Assembly: GCA_040768265.1 (NCBI GenBank)
Contig: JAXGNB010000002.1
Span: 240,177-304,176, forward strand
From: Anaerolineaceae bacterium
Lineage (GTDB): Bacteria > Chloroflexota > Anaerolineae > Anaerolineales > Anaerolineaceae
Length of the DNA stretch: 64,000 nucleotides
Direction: 5' to 3'
This document shows, piece after piece, positions 53,748 through 62,796 of this stretch. A program made the translations under genes and the position numbers. The first letter of the stretch is position 1, and every line of letters begins with the position of its first letter. Under the pieces are notes generated by a model. That model searched no databases and was not told the origin of the DNA. It saw only the letters and a list, made by a program, of their open reading frames with translations.

Positions 53748-54665
53748 ATGGAAAACCCCTCTGCCACCCCAATCACACCCGAATTGGCAGCCTCACTCAT
53801 GCCGCCAAGACCGGACGATTCCTTTAAGGGCACCTTCGGCAAGGCACTGGTGGTGGCTGGCTCGCGCAAATACACAGGAGCGGCAGGTCTTGCCATCCAG
53901 GCAGCCTTGCGCAGCGGCGCCGGGTTGGTCTTCGCGGCAATCCCTGAGTGCATCCACGCTCCACTTGCCGCCAGTATCTCAGAAGCAATCTGGCTCCTGT
54001 TGCCCGAGAAAGATGGTGCTATCACAGCGGAAGAAGAGTCAATCCTTGTGTCAGAGGAAAAGGCAGGCCTTTTCCCTACGGAGGGAAAAGATGCCGTCCT
54101 GGTGGGTCCAGGTTTGGATCAGACTGAGGGCACCCAGGCTTATCTGCTTGGTTTGCTGGAACACCTGCGCATAAATGCTCCCGACCTGCCCCTTGTGGCT
54201 GACGCGGAAGCGCTCAACATCCTGAGCCGGCAGCCTACTTGGCAAAGACTTCTGCCAAACCAAGCCATTCTGACCCCACACGAAATGGAATTTTCCCGCC
54301 TGAGCGGACTCCCTTTGAGTGAGATCCATTCCAACCGATACGCTCTCGCCGTCGCCTATGCGAAAGAATGGCGGCAGACCCTGATCCTCAAAGGGCCCAA
54401 CACGCTGGTCGCCTCGCCCGAGGGCGATTGCCGCGTTCTGCCCTTTGCCAACTCGGTTCTGGCGCACGGCGGCTCCGGCGACGTTTTGGCCGGCTTGATC
54501 GTTGGCTTGCTCGCGCAAGGGCTCGCGCCTTTCGATGCGGCTACGCTTGCAGTCTGGCTGCATGCCCGCGCGGCTGAGCTAGCGCTGGCTGAGGTTGGTC
54601 ACCCTGCCGCTACCCTGCCCTCAGACATCATCCGGCACCTCGGCAAGGCAATGAACGGCCTTTAG
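53748..54665 (+). CDS. nnrD: ADP-dependent NAD(P)H-hydrate dehydratase (YjeF C-terminal / NnrD)
   Basis: GTFGKALVVAGSRKYTGAAGLA and GGSGDVLAGLIVGLLAQG. The start is taken at the ATG at 53748 (MENPSATP), because the upstream 59 codons of the track ORF run through a repeat element. Confidence 0.85.
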   Translation: MENPSATPITPELAASLMPPRPDDSFKGTFGKALVVAGSRKYTGAAGLAIQAALRSGAGLVFAAIPECIHAPLAASISEAIWLLLPEKDGAITAEEESILVSEEKAGLFPTEGKDAVLVGPGLDQTEGTQAYLLGLLEHLRINAPDLPLVADAEALNILSRQPTWQRLLPNQAILTPHEMEFSRLSGLPLSEIHSNRYALAVAYAKEWRQTLILKGPNTLVASPEGDCRVLPFANSVLAHGGSGDVLAGLIVGLLAQGLAPFDAATLAVWLHARAAELALAEVGHPAATLPSDIIRHLGKAMNGL

Positions 54666-54791
54666 CTGCCACCTAAGACGGTTACAGATTATTCCCTCTT
54701 GTATTAATCAGGTATTTGCATAGAATTAATCTCATCCCACAGGTTTTTCATCCACCCCGGCGGAGAGTAAAAGCAAGCTCAACCAGATAAA

Positions 54792-55220
54792 TTGCTGCAA
54801 AAGGAGATTCTATTTATGGATACCGTTGTTATCGTGCTTTGGATTGTTGGATTGATTTTCGTGATTGTAGCACTCGTCAACATCATCAAGCGTGCCATCA
54901 AAACCAAACGCTGCACCGCCCGTACTTCGGCAGTCATCACTGGCATCAAAGAAAAGGTCAGCACAAGGAATAATGTGGAGACACACGAATATATTCCGAC
55001 CATTTCTTACAGTGTCAACGGGCAGCAATTTTCAAGGGAATTCGCCAAAGCATACACCGCTGCCACCTACCACGTGGGTCAAGCCATCGAGATTATGTAC
55101 AACCCTAACAAGCCAACTGAGATCAACAAGCAGGGATCGAGCAACAAGGCAGATGTCATTATTATGATCATTGGCATTGTGATCATCATCGTTGGCATCG
55201 TGATGCTTGCGGTCAATTAA
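54792..55220 (+). CDS. DUF3592-domain membrane protein
   Basis: An N-terminal TM helix, a beta domain (TARTSAVITGIKEKV...YIPTISYSVNGQQF...VGQAIEIMYNPNKP) and a C-terminal TM helix. Confidence 0.7.
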   Translation: MLQKEILFMDTVVIVLWIVGLIFVIVALVNIIKRAIKTKRCTARTSAVITGIKEKVSTRNNVETHEYIPTISYSVNGQQFSREFAKAYTAATYHVGQAIEIMYNPNKPTEINKQGSSNKADVIIMIIGIVIIIVGIVMLAVN

Positions 55221-55233
55221 CAAACACAAAAAT

Positions 55234-55270
55234 ACCCTGTCTGACAACTCTCAAACAGGGTAAATTTTTT
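55234..55270 (+). terminator. Rho-independent terminator
   Basis: ACCCTGT-(14 nt)-ACAGGGT followed by AAATTTTTT. Confidence 0.6.
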
Positions 55271-55347
55271 AAGACTAACACTTCACTTACGTCAGTTGGG
55301 TTCAATCCTTGAATAGCTCGAGCCCGGAGACCTGACTCATCTAAAAA

Positions 55348-56523
55348 CTAATCCAGGAGGCGTTTTTCGCCTTCCAGGGCTCGGATGCCGGCGACGTTCT
55401 GCGAGACCTCGATCACGCCCTTGTATGCCCCGCTCTCATCGCGCAGGGCAAAGTAGCGGATGTGCACAAATGCGTCCCCCATCTGGATCCAGAATTCAGC
55501 CACGTCCCGCGCCCCAGCCTTGAAATCTTCCACAATTTTCTGCACCACGTGCACGCTCTGCGGCGGGTGGCAATTCTGCACCTTGCGTCCGATGATAGCA
55601 GCCGTGCGGGTGAAGATCCGCTCCTTGCCCTGTGAGAAGTAGCGCACCTCGTCGTTTTCATCCACGAAGGTGATATCCACAGGCAGGTTGGTCAGCAGCA
55701 GGTCGATCTGTTCCGCGCTCAGGGCGCCGGTTTTTAGATGAATGAGACCCGATGGGACTAAAGTGCTGACCGCTGGCTCGTACGAATACGAAACTGGTGC
55801 CCTGCTGACTTTCCCGGCGATTTCATCCGCCATCTGCTGCCAGTCTTCTTCAGTAAAGAAGCTCAGGGTCTCCGGAATAAGCACCTTTTCTTCTTTGTAG
55901 ATCATATCGATGACCTTGCGCGAAACTTCAGCAAAAGCATTCTCCACCGAAATGACCAGGGGCTTCTGCGGTTCGAGGAGGGTCGTGAATTTCTTGATCT
56001 CATTGCGAATGTCGTTGTCCACGCCCCACATCACTTGCATCTGACCCGCAAAACCGTGCTTCTCCAGGATGGGGAAGATCATGTTTTCTTTTTTGTCGTA
56101 ATGGTTGAGCACCACGCTCAGATTTTTGGCATTTTGGCGCAGTTGCTCCAGCACGCCAAAGTCCCCATCCGCGTAGCGGTGGACAAATCCCTGTATGGAT
56201 TCGATTGTCCGTGCGATCAGCTCATTTTCCGTACGGAAGTCAAACAGGGGATGCCCCGGCTTGTTCTCGGGTGAGGGCTCGGATTCCAAACCCGACTGGA
56301 AGACCGCCACGTGCAGATCGCACAATTTTTGCACTTCGGTCACGGGCAGCCCTTCGGCGATCACCTCGCGTTCAGCCGCGGCAATATCCTCCGCGCTGGC
56401 ATTCGCGATAATGTGGCCGTATTCTTTCTGCAGCTCTTCTACTGTTTTGCCTATGTGCAACAGGCGGATAATACCCTTTACCGCATCCTTGCGTTTGCTG
56501 GCATTGTTAATAAACTCACTCAT
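55348..56523 (-). CDS. DUF438 protein with hemerythrin-like and PAS domains
   Basis: N-terminal DUF438 signature (IIRLLHIGKTVEELQKEY...VQKLCDLHVAVF), a hemerythrin-like middle region and a C-terminal PAS domain (ITFVDENDEVRYFSQG...CHPPQSVHVV). Confidence 0.75.
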   Translation of the reverse strand: MSEFINNASKRKDAVKGIIRLLHIGKTVEELQKEYGHIIANASAEDIAAAEREVIAEGLPVTEVQKLCDLHVAVFQSGLESEPSPENKPGHPLFDFRTENELIARTIESIQGFVHRYADGDFGVLEQLRQNAKNLSVVLNHYDKKENMIFPILEKHGFAGQMQVMWGVDNDIRNEIKKFTTLLEPQKPLVISVENAFAEVSRKVIDMIYKEEKVLIPETLSFFTEEDWQQMADEIAGKVSRAPVSYSYEPAVSTLVPSGLIHLKTGALSAEQIDLLLTNLPVDITFVDENDEVRYFSQGKERIFTRTAAIIGRKVQNCHPPQSVHVVQKIVEDFKAGARDVAEFWIQMGDAFVHIRYFALRDESGAYKGVIEVSQNVAGIRALEGEKRLLD

Positions 56524-56618
56524 GGTTCTCCTTGTTTTCTTTCAATAATTGCCAGCCTTATTGAGGGCAATATGCTGGTCAGATAAACCGCGAAGAAGCG
56601 ATTTCGCAATAGGAAAAA

Positions 56619-57269
56619 TTAAGCGCTCGTTTTCGTCCCGCATTCCGGACAAAACTTGGTGCCATTCTCAAGCTTGGCGCCACATTCCTTGCAGAAAGCT
56701 ACCTGCAGGATCTTCGCGCCGCATTCCGGGCAGAATTTAACTTTCTCAGCCAGCGCCACCCCACAGGATGGGCAGGTTGCCCTGACTCCCTCGCGCCAGC
56801 TCGTCTCCTTGAGCATTTCGCGGTCATCCTCAGCCATCTTGGAATGCGCCCAAATCTCTTCAACCGTGCGGCTGGACTGCGCGGCAGCCATCTCGACTCC
56901 CAGATCCGGAGAGCAGTTCTTGCAGAGCCCCTTGCTCGTGTTCCAGCACTTTTCCTTGCACACCCACGACGAGCACCGCGGGCACTGGATAAAATCGCCT
57001 TTCACTTCTTCAGTCGCCCTGATAAAGGCCAGATCCTGCTCCCTTTCCCAGGTGGCGCTGCGGGCTCGCTCGCCCAGCGTAGCAGCCTTGCTAAAAACAC
57101 CACCAAACAGACCGCTGACTGTATCCAAAGCCCCGCTGATCTTCCCGATCACATAGGGTTGGAAGGCAGTGCGATAGCCGGTTCCACAGCGGTCACACTT
57201 GAATTCAAACTGAAATCCCTCATCTGTGGATAAGTCGTCGTAATTGCTGGTGAATTCTATCTTGGTCAT
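56619..57269 (-). CDS. Multi-zinc-ribbon protein
   Basis: Seven CxxC motifs (CDRC, CPRC, CKNC, CPSC, CPEC, CKEC, CPEC), with three tandem C-terminal FCPECGAK-type ribbons. Confidence 0.65.
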   Translation of the reverse strand: MTKIEFTSNYDDLSTDEGFQFEFKCDRCGTGYRTAFQPYVIGKISGALDTVSGLFGGVFSKAATLGERARSATWEREQDLAFIRATEEVKGDFIQCPRCSSWVCKEKCWNTSKGLCKNCSPDLGVEMAAAQSSRTVEEIWAHSKMAEDDREMLKETSWREGVRATCPSCGVALAEKVKFCPECGAKILQVAFCKECGAKLENGTKFCPECGTKTSA

Positions 57270-57493
57270 AAGATTCCTCCAAATATTTGGATCAGCAGCC
57301 CTTCAAAGAACAGGCTGGAAGTTTACAAAAATAATACCATGAGTCATTGGCAACATAGCTGAATTTTCACATCACACTAACCAGGAAAATGATGCCTCTC
57401 AATTCACAAAAAAAACCTCACACGCTGTATTGAATTCTGTTAACCTGTCAACTATAATTTATTCATCACATTCACTATAGTAGAAAGGGTGAA

Positions 57494-60400
57494 ATGAAAG
57501 CGATCCGCTTGCCTCTTGCCATCTTTATGGCACTCTTACTTTTCCTTACTCCTGTCGCCAGCCTGGCGCAGGCACCTACCCAAGAAATTGTTCAAACATC
57601 ACCACCAACCGCTGGTATTATGGCGGATATTGACTGGTGTGTTGCCGGAAGCATGAATGGCTGGGATAACACCTCCAACCCCATGTACGACGATGGTACA
57701 AATGGCGACCTGTTAGCAAGGGATGGAATTTATTCGTTGGAGATGTCAATTGCCACAGCACCCGCAACTTATGAATGGAAGGCAGTCGAGTGCGGTAATT
57801 GGGGGCTTGCCTATCCATCGGCCAATTCCTGGTTCACCACAAGTGTTGCTGATCAGACAGTCACTTTCTCCCTCGATACCAACGATTACAGTGCCAATGC
57901 CGGCATGGCATTGCTGCCTGCCGGCAACATTGTCAACGTCACCGGCGATGATCTGCCAACCAGTTTCACGGCAGTGGGCGACTTCCAGGGGTGGAATAAC
58001 GCCAACCCTGCCACCCTGATGACAGACATGGGCAACGGTTTTTACCGCCTGGTTTACAGCGTGGCAATGCCCGGCAGCTACATCGGCAAAGTGGTCGTCA
58101 CAGGCAGTTGGAATGGTTTCGGCGCGGATGGGCGTTCCACCGATCCGGCGAACATCACCTTCACCACCACGGAACCAAACCAGGATGTCGTTTTTCTACT
58201 GGACACTTATACCGGTCGGCTTTTAGTCGAACCCGTCTCCATCGGAAGCGGCACCTGGTATGCAGCTGGCGATTTTAATGGCTGGACAGCGGATTCTAAC
58301 CTCCTTTATGATGACGGCACCAACGGCGACCTGCTGGGCGGGGATGGTATCTTTAGTCTGGACGTTATCATTCCTACCGCTGGGCGGCATGAATGGAAAG
58401 TGACCGATGGCACCTGGGATGTCACGTACCCTTCAGCAAACTCATGGCTGATTACCACCAGCGACAATCAGGTGGTAAAGTTGAGTTTTGATACCAACGA
58501 TCACACCGATGATGCCGGTTGGAGACTGAAGCCGTTTACGAATATCCTGCATGCCTGGGATTCCACCAGCGATTTCACGATTGTTGGTGATTTTCAAGGG
58601 TGGGATAATTCCAACTCAAGCACAGTAATGAATGACCTGGGTCATGGGCTTTTCCACCGCAGTATTCAGATCGCTGACCCGACAGAACATGTGTACAAGG
58701 CTGTCTCGACCGGCACTTGGGATGCCATCGGCAACGATAACCGGTCTATTAATGCCAATAACATACCTTTTACAGTTTATAACGCGGATGACATCGTCCC
58801 CTTCCTGCTGGATTACCGCACCGGGCGGGTAGGTGTCTTCCCAACTGCAGTGCCTACAGAAGCCAGTCATGACAACGAAGTCTGGTGGGACCAATTGGGT
58901 CACAACAGCCGCGACACGCTCTACCGCACTCCCGGCGGTCCGGTTACCACCGGCACCGATGTGATCCTGCGCTTGCGCGCGGCCCAGGGCGACCTGACCG
59001 AAGCCAAATTGCGCCTCTACAACGACCGCACCAACGTCCAATCCATCCTGCCCATGAGCATCGCGCACAGCGATGGCACCTACGACTGGTGGCAAGCCAC
59101 CGTCCCTGCCAGCGCTGACCCGACCGTTTACTGGTATCGCTTCATCGCCATCGACGGCACCGACACCGACTACTACGAAGATGACGCCGCCCGAACCATG
59201 GGTGTGGGTGAAGCTTTTGACGAAACCCAGGACTACTCTTACCAGTTAACCGTCTATGCCCCCGACTTCGAGACCCCCGATTGGCTCAAGAACGCCATCG
59301 TTTACCAGATCTTCCCCGATCGTTTCCGCGATGGCGACCCCACCAACAACAAATCTGCCGGCACCTTCTTCTACGGCGAAGAGGGCGGCACAATCTATCG
59401 CTCTCTCACCCAAGATTGGAACACCTACATCTGTGACCCAAGAGGGACGGATGACTGTGCGGGTACTTACAGTAAGAACTTCTACGGCGGCGACCTGGCT
59501 GGCTTGACCGACAAACTCGATTATCTGGAAAGCTTGGGCGTCACCACCATCTATCTCAACCCGATCTTCGCATCGCCCTCCAACCACGGCTACGACACCA
59601 CCGATTACATGAGCATCAACGAGATGTTCGGCACCCAGGACGATTACAATGCTCTGCTCGGAGGTTTAGCCGATCGCGGCATGCACCTGATCGTGGACGG
59701 CGTCTTCAATCACGTCTCGTCCGACTCAAAATACCTGGATCGCTACGAGCGCTATCCTGAAGTCGGCGCTTGTGAAAGCCAGAATTCAGACTACCGCGAT
59801 TGGTTCTATTTCACGGATGTACCTGCCGGCTCCGGTCCCTGCGTGGGCTCCGACGGCACACCCAACGCCGCCAATTACGAATCCTGGTGGGGTTACGACT
59901 CCCTGCCCAAGCTCAATTCCAGCAACCCCGAAGTGCGCGCCTGGATCTGGGATAATCAGGACAATCCTGAAACAACCGTTGCCGGGCATTGGATGCTCAC
60001 CGCCGACGGCTGGCGCCTGGATGTGGGCAGCGACGTGGACCCCGGCACTATCAATGACCCCAATAATGACTACTGGGAAGGCTTCCGCGACACCGTCAAA
60101 ACCGTCAACCCTGATGGCTATATCACCGGCGAGGAATGGGGCATCGCCAACAGCTGGTTGCTGGGCGGCGAGTGGGACGCGGTCATGAACTACCAGTTCA
60201 GCTCCGCCGTGCTCTCCCTCTGGCGCGACAGCACTTTTACCGATAACGATCACAATCAAGGTTCATCAGCTGGCGAGCTGACACCGCTGAGCATGGAGCA
60301 GTTTGACGAACGCATCCTCAACCTGCAGGAACGCTACGCTCCTGAAGCATTCTATGCCATGATGAACCTCTTTGGCAGCCACGACACCAACCGTGCGGTG

Positions 60401-62671
60401 TTCATGCTGGACGAGAACACCAATACCCTGGAACCGGATGATTACCTGAATCCGGACTACGACTGGACCCCCGCGATAGAAAAACTCAAGGGCGCGGCTT
60501 TGGTGCAGATGACCATGCCCGGTGCCCCCACAATCTACTACGGCGATGAAGTCGGCCTGGTGGGGCCTGTTGCCAAGGACGGCAGCGGCACCTGGCAGGA
60601 TGACCCCTACAACCGCCAGCCTTACCCCTGGCTGGATGAAACTGGCACGCCCCACTACACACACTTACAGAGCCAAACAGCACAGGATGAACTTTACGAC
60701 TACTACGCCACCCTGACCGCTGCTCGAAACGAACACGTTGCCCTGCGAACAGGTGACTACCGCACCCTTTTGGTGGATGACGAGAACGCGCTCTACGCTT
60801 ACGGCAGGCACGTGCCCGAATATGGCGCGGCCATTGTCGTGATCAACCGCGGCAGCAGCCAACAACTGGTTTCGTTGAATGTGGATGGCTACTTGCCCTA
60901 CCAGACAAATCTGTCAGATGTGCTCAGCACTAACACTTACACCATCAACGCAAGCGGTCTGGTGGAAAACATCGTAGTACCTGCTAACAGTGGCGCTGTG
61001 CTTGTTTCCAGCGGATCTATCGCCGCACCACCTGAGCCGGTCATCGATTTGGCTGTTACTGATACGGGTGCGGATACGGTCACCCTTGCCTGGAGCGCCG
61101 CCATAAGCGCCAACGCCTACCAGGTCTATCGCAGTTACCTGTCCGGCGGTGGTTATGAACTGGTGGGCGAAACCAATGAATACACGCTTACCTTTACCGA
61201 TACAGGACTGACGCCAGGTCAGCGTGTTTATTACATCGTGATCGCTAAGAGCACCATCGTCGGACTACTGAGCGGGCCTTCCAACGAAGTCACCGCCCTG
61301 CCGGCATACACCATCGACTGGGCAAACCTGCAGTGGCCTTACAGCACCACACACACCATCGGCATCAACCCTACTGAGAATATTTACGGTCAGGTTTATA
61401 TCGAAGGTGTAACCGAACTCCCTGGCGCTACCACTGGTTTGCTGGCGCAAGTGGGTTATGGACCTAACAACTCTGACCCACGCGGCAATCCAGGTTGGAT
61501 ATGGAGCGATGCCAGGTATACTGCGAATTCAGGGAATAATGATGAGTTCTTTGGTAGTTTAATACCTGAAAATGTTGGGGAATTTGATTACCTTTACCGC
61601 TATACAACCGACGGCGGTCTAACCTGGGTCTACGCTTATATTGACGGTCCGATCCCGGATGGCACGTACGATCCTACCAATGCTGGTGATCTGACCGTGA
61701 ACCCCTCAACCGACCTCACTCCCCCATCTGCCCCGGTTCTTTCTGTAGCCGACTGGAGCGCGTCTTCCATCTCGCTGAGTTGGACTGAATCCACGGATGA
61801 CGTCGCGGTTTACGCCTACGACATCTACCGCTCCACTGACAATATCACTTTCAACAAAATTGGTCGGGTGATGGAACCCAACCTGACCTACACTGACACC
61901 ACCGTGGTGACCGATCAACTCTATTACTACTACATCATCGCGCTGGATACCAGCTTCAATCCCAGCTTGGCCTCCAACATAGTCTCTCAAACCGCCGAAG
62001 CGAAACTGGTTTATGTGACCTTTGAGATTACCGTGCCCGATTGGACACCCGGTGTCGTTTACATCGTGGGTGGACACCCCGTTGTTGGAGATTGGAACCC
62101 AGGCGCAATGCCCATGACCATGGTCAGCGATACTATGTGGGCGTACTCAGCCAACATTCTCGACGGCACATCTTTCGAGTTCAAGATCACCCGCGGCAAC
62201 TGGGAAACGGTTATGAAGGGCGCGGACGGCAATGAAGAACTTGCCAACCTGCCCATCACAGTCGACTACGGCATGGATGGCACACAGCTTTATGAATACA
62301 CTGTGCTCAACTGGCGCGACCCAATCGTGATCAGCACTACACCAGCCGATGGCGAGACAGATGTACCGGTCGACACCTCAATCGTGGTCACCTGGAGCCA
62401 GGCAATGGCGGCTGCGGCCTGCCCGGCAGTTTGGATTGAACCAAACCCCGCCGATCTGATCCCGGTAACCTGCAGCTTTGACACGGACACCAACGAAATG
62501 ACCATCACCCCCACAGAGAGCTTGCCATCATTGGCCACGATTGGGGTGGGTCTGACTGGTTTAGGCGACGCCGGAGGCGATACGCAGCAGGTAAGTTACC
62601 CGCTATTCTTCACGACCGAATATGTGGATCCACTGCCGTTCAAGACCTACCTGCCGCTGATCTCCCGCTAA
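57494..62671 (+). CDS. Secreted multidomain GH13 alpha-amylase-family enzyme (neopullulanase/amylopullulanase-like), 1725 aa
   Basis: Signal peptide and four N-terminal CBM-like modules. GH13 regions: YQIFPDRFRDGD, GGDLAGLTDKLDYLESLGVTTIYLNPIF, DGVFNHVS (region I), DGWRLDVGSDV (II), ITGEEWG (III) and FGSHDTNR (IV). These are followed by two FN3 domains, a CBM20-like module and an Ig-like domain. Confidence 0.9.
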   Translation: MKAIRLPLAIFMALLLFLTPVASLAQAPTQEIVQTSPPTAGIMADIDWCVAGSMNGWDNTSNPMYDDGTNGDLLARDGIYSLEMSIATAPATYEWKAVECGNWGLAYPSANSWFTTSVADQTVTFSLDTNDYSANAGMALLPAGNIVNVTGDDLPTSFTAVGDFQGWNNANPATLMTDMGNGFYRLVYSVAMPGSYIGKVVVTGSWNGFGADGRSTDPANITFTTTEPNQDVVFLLDTYTGRLLVEPVSIGSGTWYAAGDFNGWTADSNLLYDDGTNGDLLGGDGIFSLDVIIPTAGRHEWKVTDGTWDVTYPSANSWLITTSDNQVVKLSFDTNDHTDDAGWRLKPFTNILHAWDSTSDFTIVGDFQGWDNSNSSTVMNDLGHGLFHRSIQIADPTEHVYKAVSTGTWDAIGNDNRSINANNIPFTVYNADDIVPFLLDYRTGRVGVFPTAVPTEASHDNEVWWDQLGHNSRDTLYRTPGGPVTTGTDVILRLRAAQGDLTEAKLRLYNDRTNVQSILPMSIAHSDGTYDWWQATVPASADPTVYWYRFIAIDGTDTDYYEDDAARTMGVGEAFDETQDYSYQLTVYAPDFETPDWLKNAIVYQIFPDRFRDGDPTNNKSAGTFFYGEEGGTIYRSLTQDWNTYICDPRGTDDCAGTYSKNFYGGDLAGLTDKLDYLESLGVTTIYLNPIFASPSNHGYDTTDYMSINEMFGTQDDYNALLGGLADRGMHLIVDGVFNHVSSDSKYLDRYERYPEVGACESQNSDYRDWFYFTDVPAGSGPCVGSDGTPNAANYESWWGYDSLPKLNSSNPEVRAWIWDNQDNPETTVAGHWMLTADGWRLDVGSDVDPGTINDPNNDYWEGFRDTVKTVNPDGYITGEEWGIANSWLLGGEWDAVMNYQFSSAVLSLWRDSTFTDNDHNQGSSAGELTPLSMEQFDERILNLQERYAPEAFYAMMNLFGSHDTNRAVFMLDENTNTLEPDDYLNPDYDWTPAIEKLKGAALVQMTMPGAPTIYYGDEVGLVGPVAKDGSGTWQDDPYNRQPYPWLDETGTPHYTHLQSQTAQDELYDYYATLTAARNEHVALRTGDYRTLLVDDENALYAYGRHVPEYGAAIVVINRGSSQQLVSLNVDGYLPYQTNLSDVLSTNTYTINASGLVENIVVPANSGAVLVSSGSIAAPPEPVIDLAVTDTGADTVTLAWSAAISANAYQVYRSYLSGGGYELVGETNEYTLTFTDTGLTPGQRVYYIVIAKSTIVGLLSGPSNEVTALPAYTIDWANLQWPYSTTHTIGINPTENIYGQVYIEGVTELPGATTGLLAQVGYGPNNSDPRGNPGWIWSDARYTANSGNNDEFFGSLIPENVGEFDYLYRYTTDGGLTWVYAYIDGPIPDGTYDPTNAGDLTVNPSTDLTPPSAPVLSVADWSASSISLSWTESTDDVAVYAYDIYRSTDNITFNKIGRVMEPNLTYTDTTVVTDQLYYYYIIALDTSFNPSLASNIVSQTAEAKLVYVTFEITVPDWTPGVVYIVGGHPVVGDWNPGAMPMTMVSDTMWAYSANILDGTSFEFKITRGNWETVMKGADGNEELANLPITVDYGMDGTQLYEYTVLNWRDPIVISTTPADGETDVPVDTSIVVTWSQAMAAAACPAVWIEPNPADLIPVTCSFDTDTNEMTITPTESLPSLATIGVGLTGLGDAGGDTQQVSYPLFFTTEYVDPLPFKTYLPLISR

Positions 62672-62692
62672 TCTATCACCAAAGCTTTACTC

Positions 62693-62724
62693 AAAGAGGC
62701 TGACCTAAAGTCAGCCTCTTTTTA
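62693..62724 (+). terminator. Rho-independent terminator of the GH13 gene
   Basis: AAAGAGGCTGAC-ctaaa-GTCAGCCTCTTT followed by TTTAT. Confidence 0.7.
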
Positions 62725-62796
62725 TAATCAGGTCGGAAATAGCGCGGCTGTGGGCTTCGCGATGTCAAATAAGCCCAATATGCGGGCGTAGTGTTG

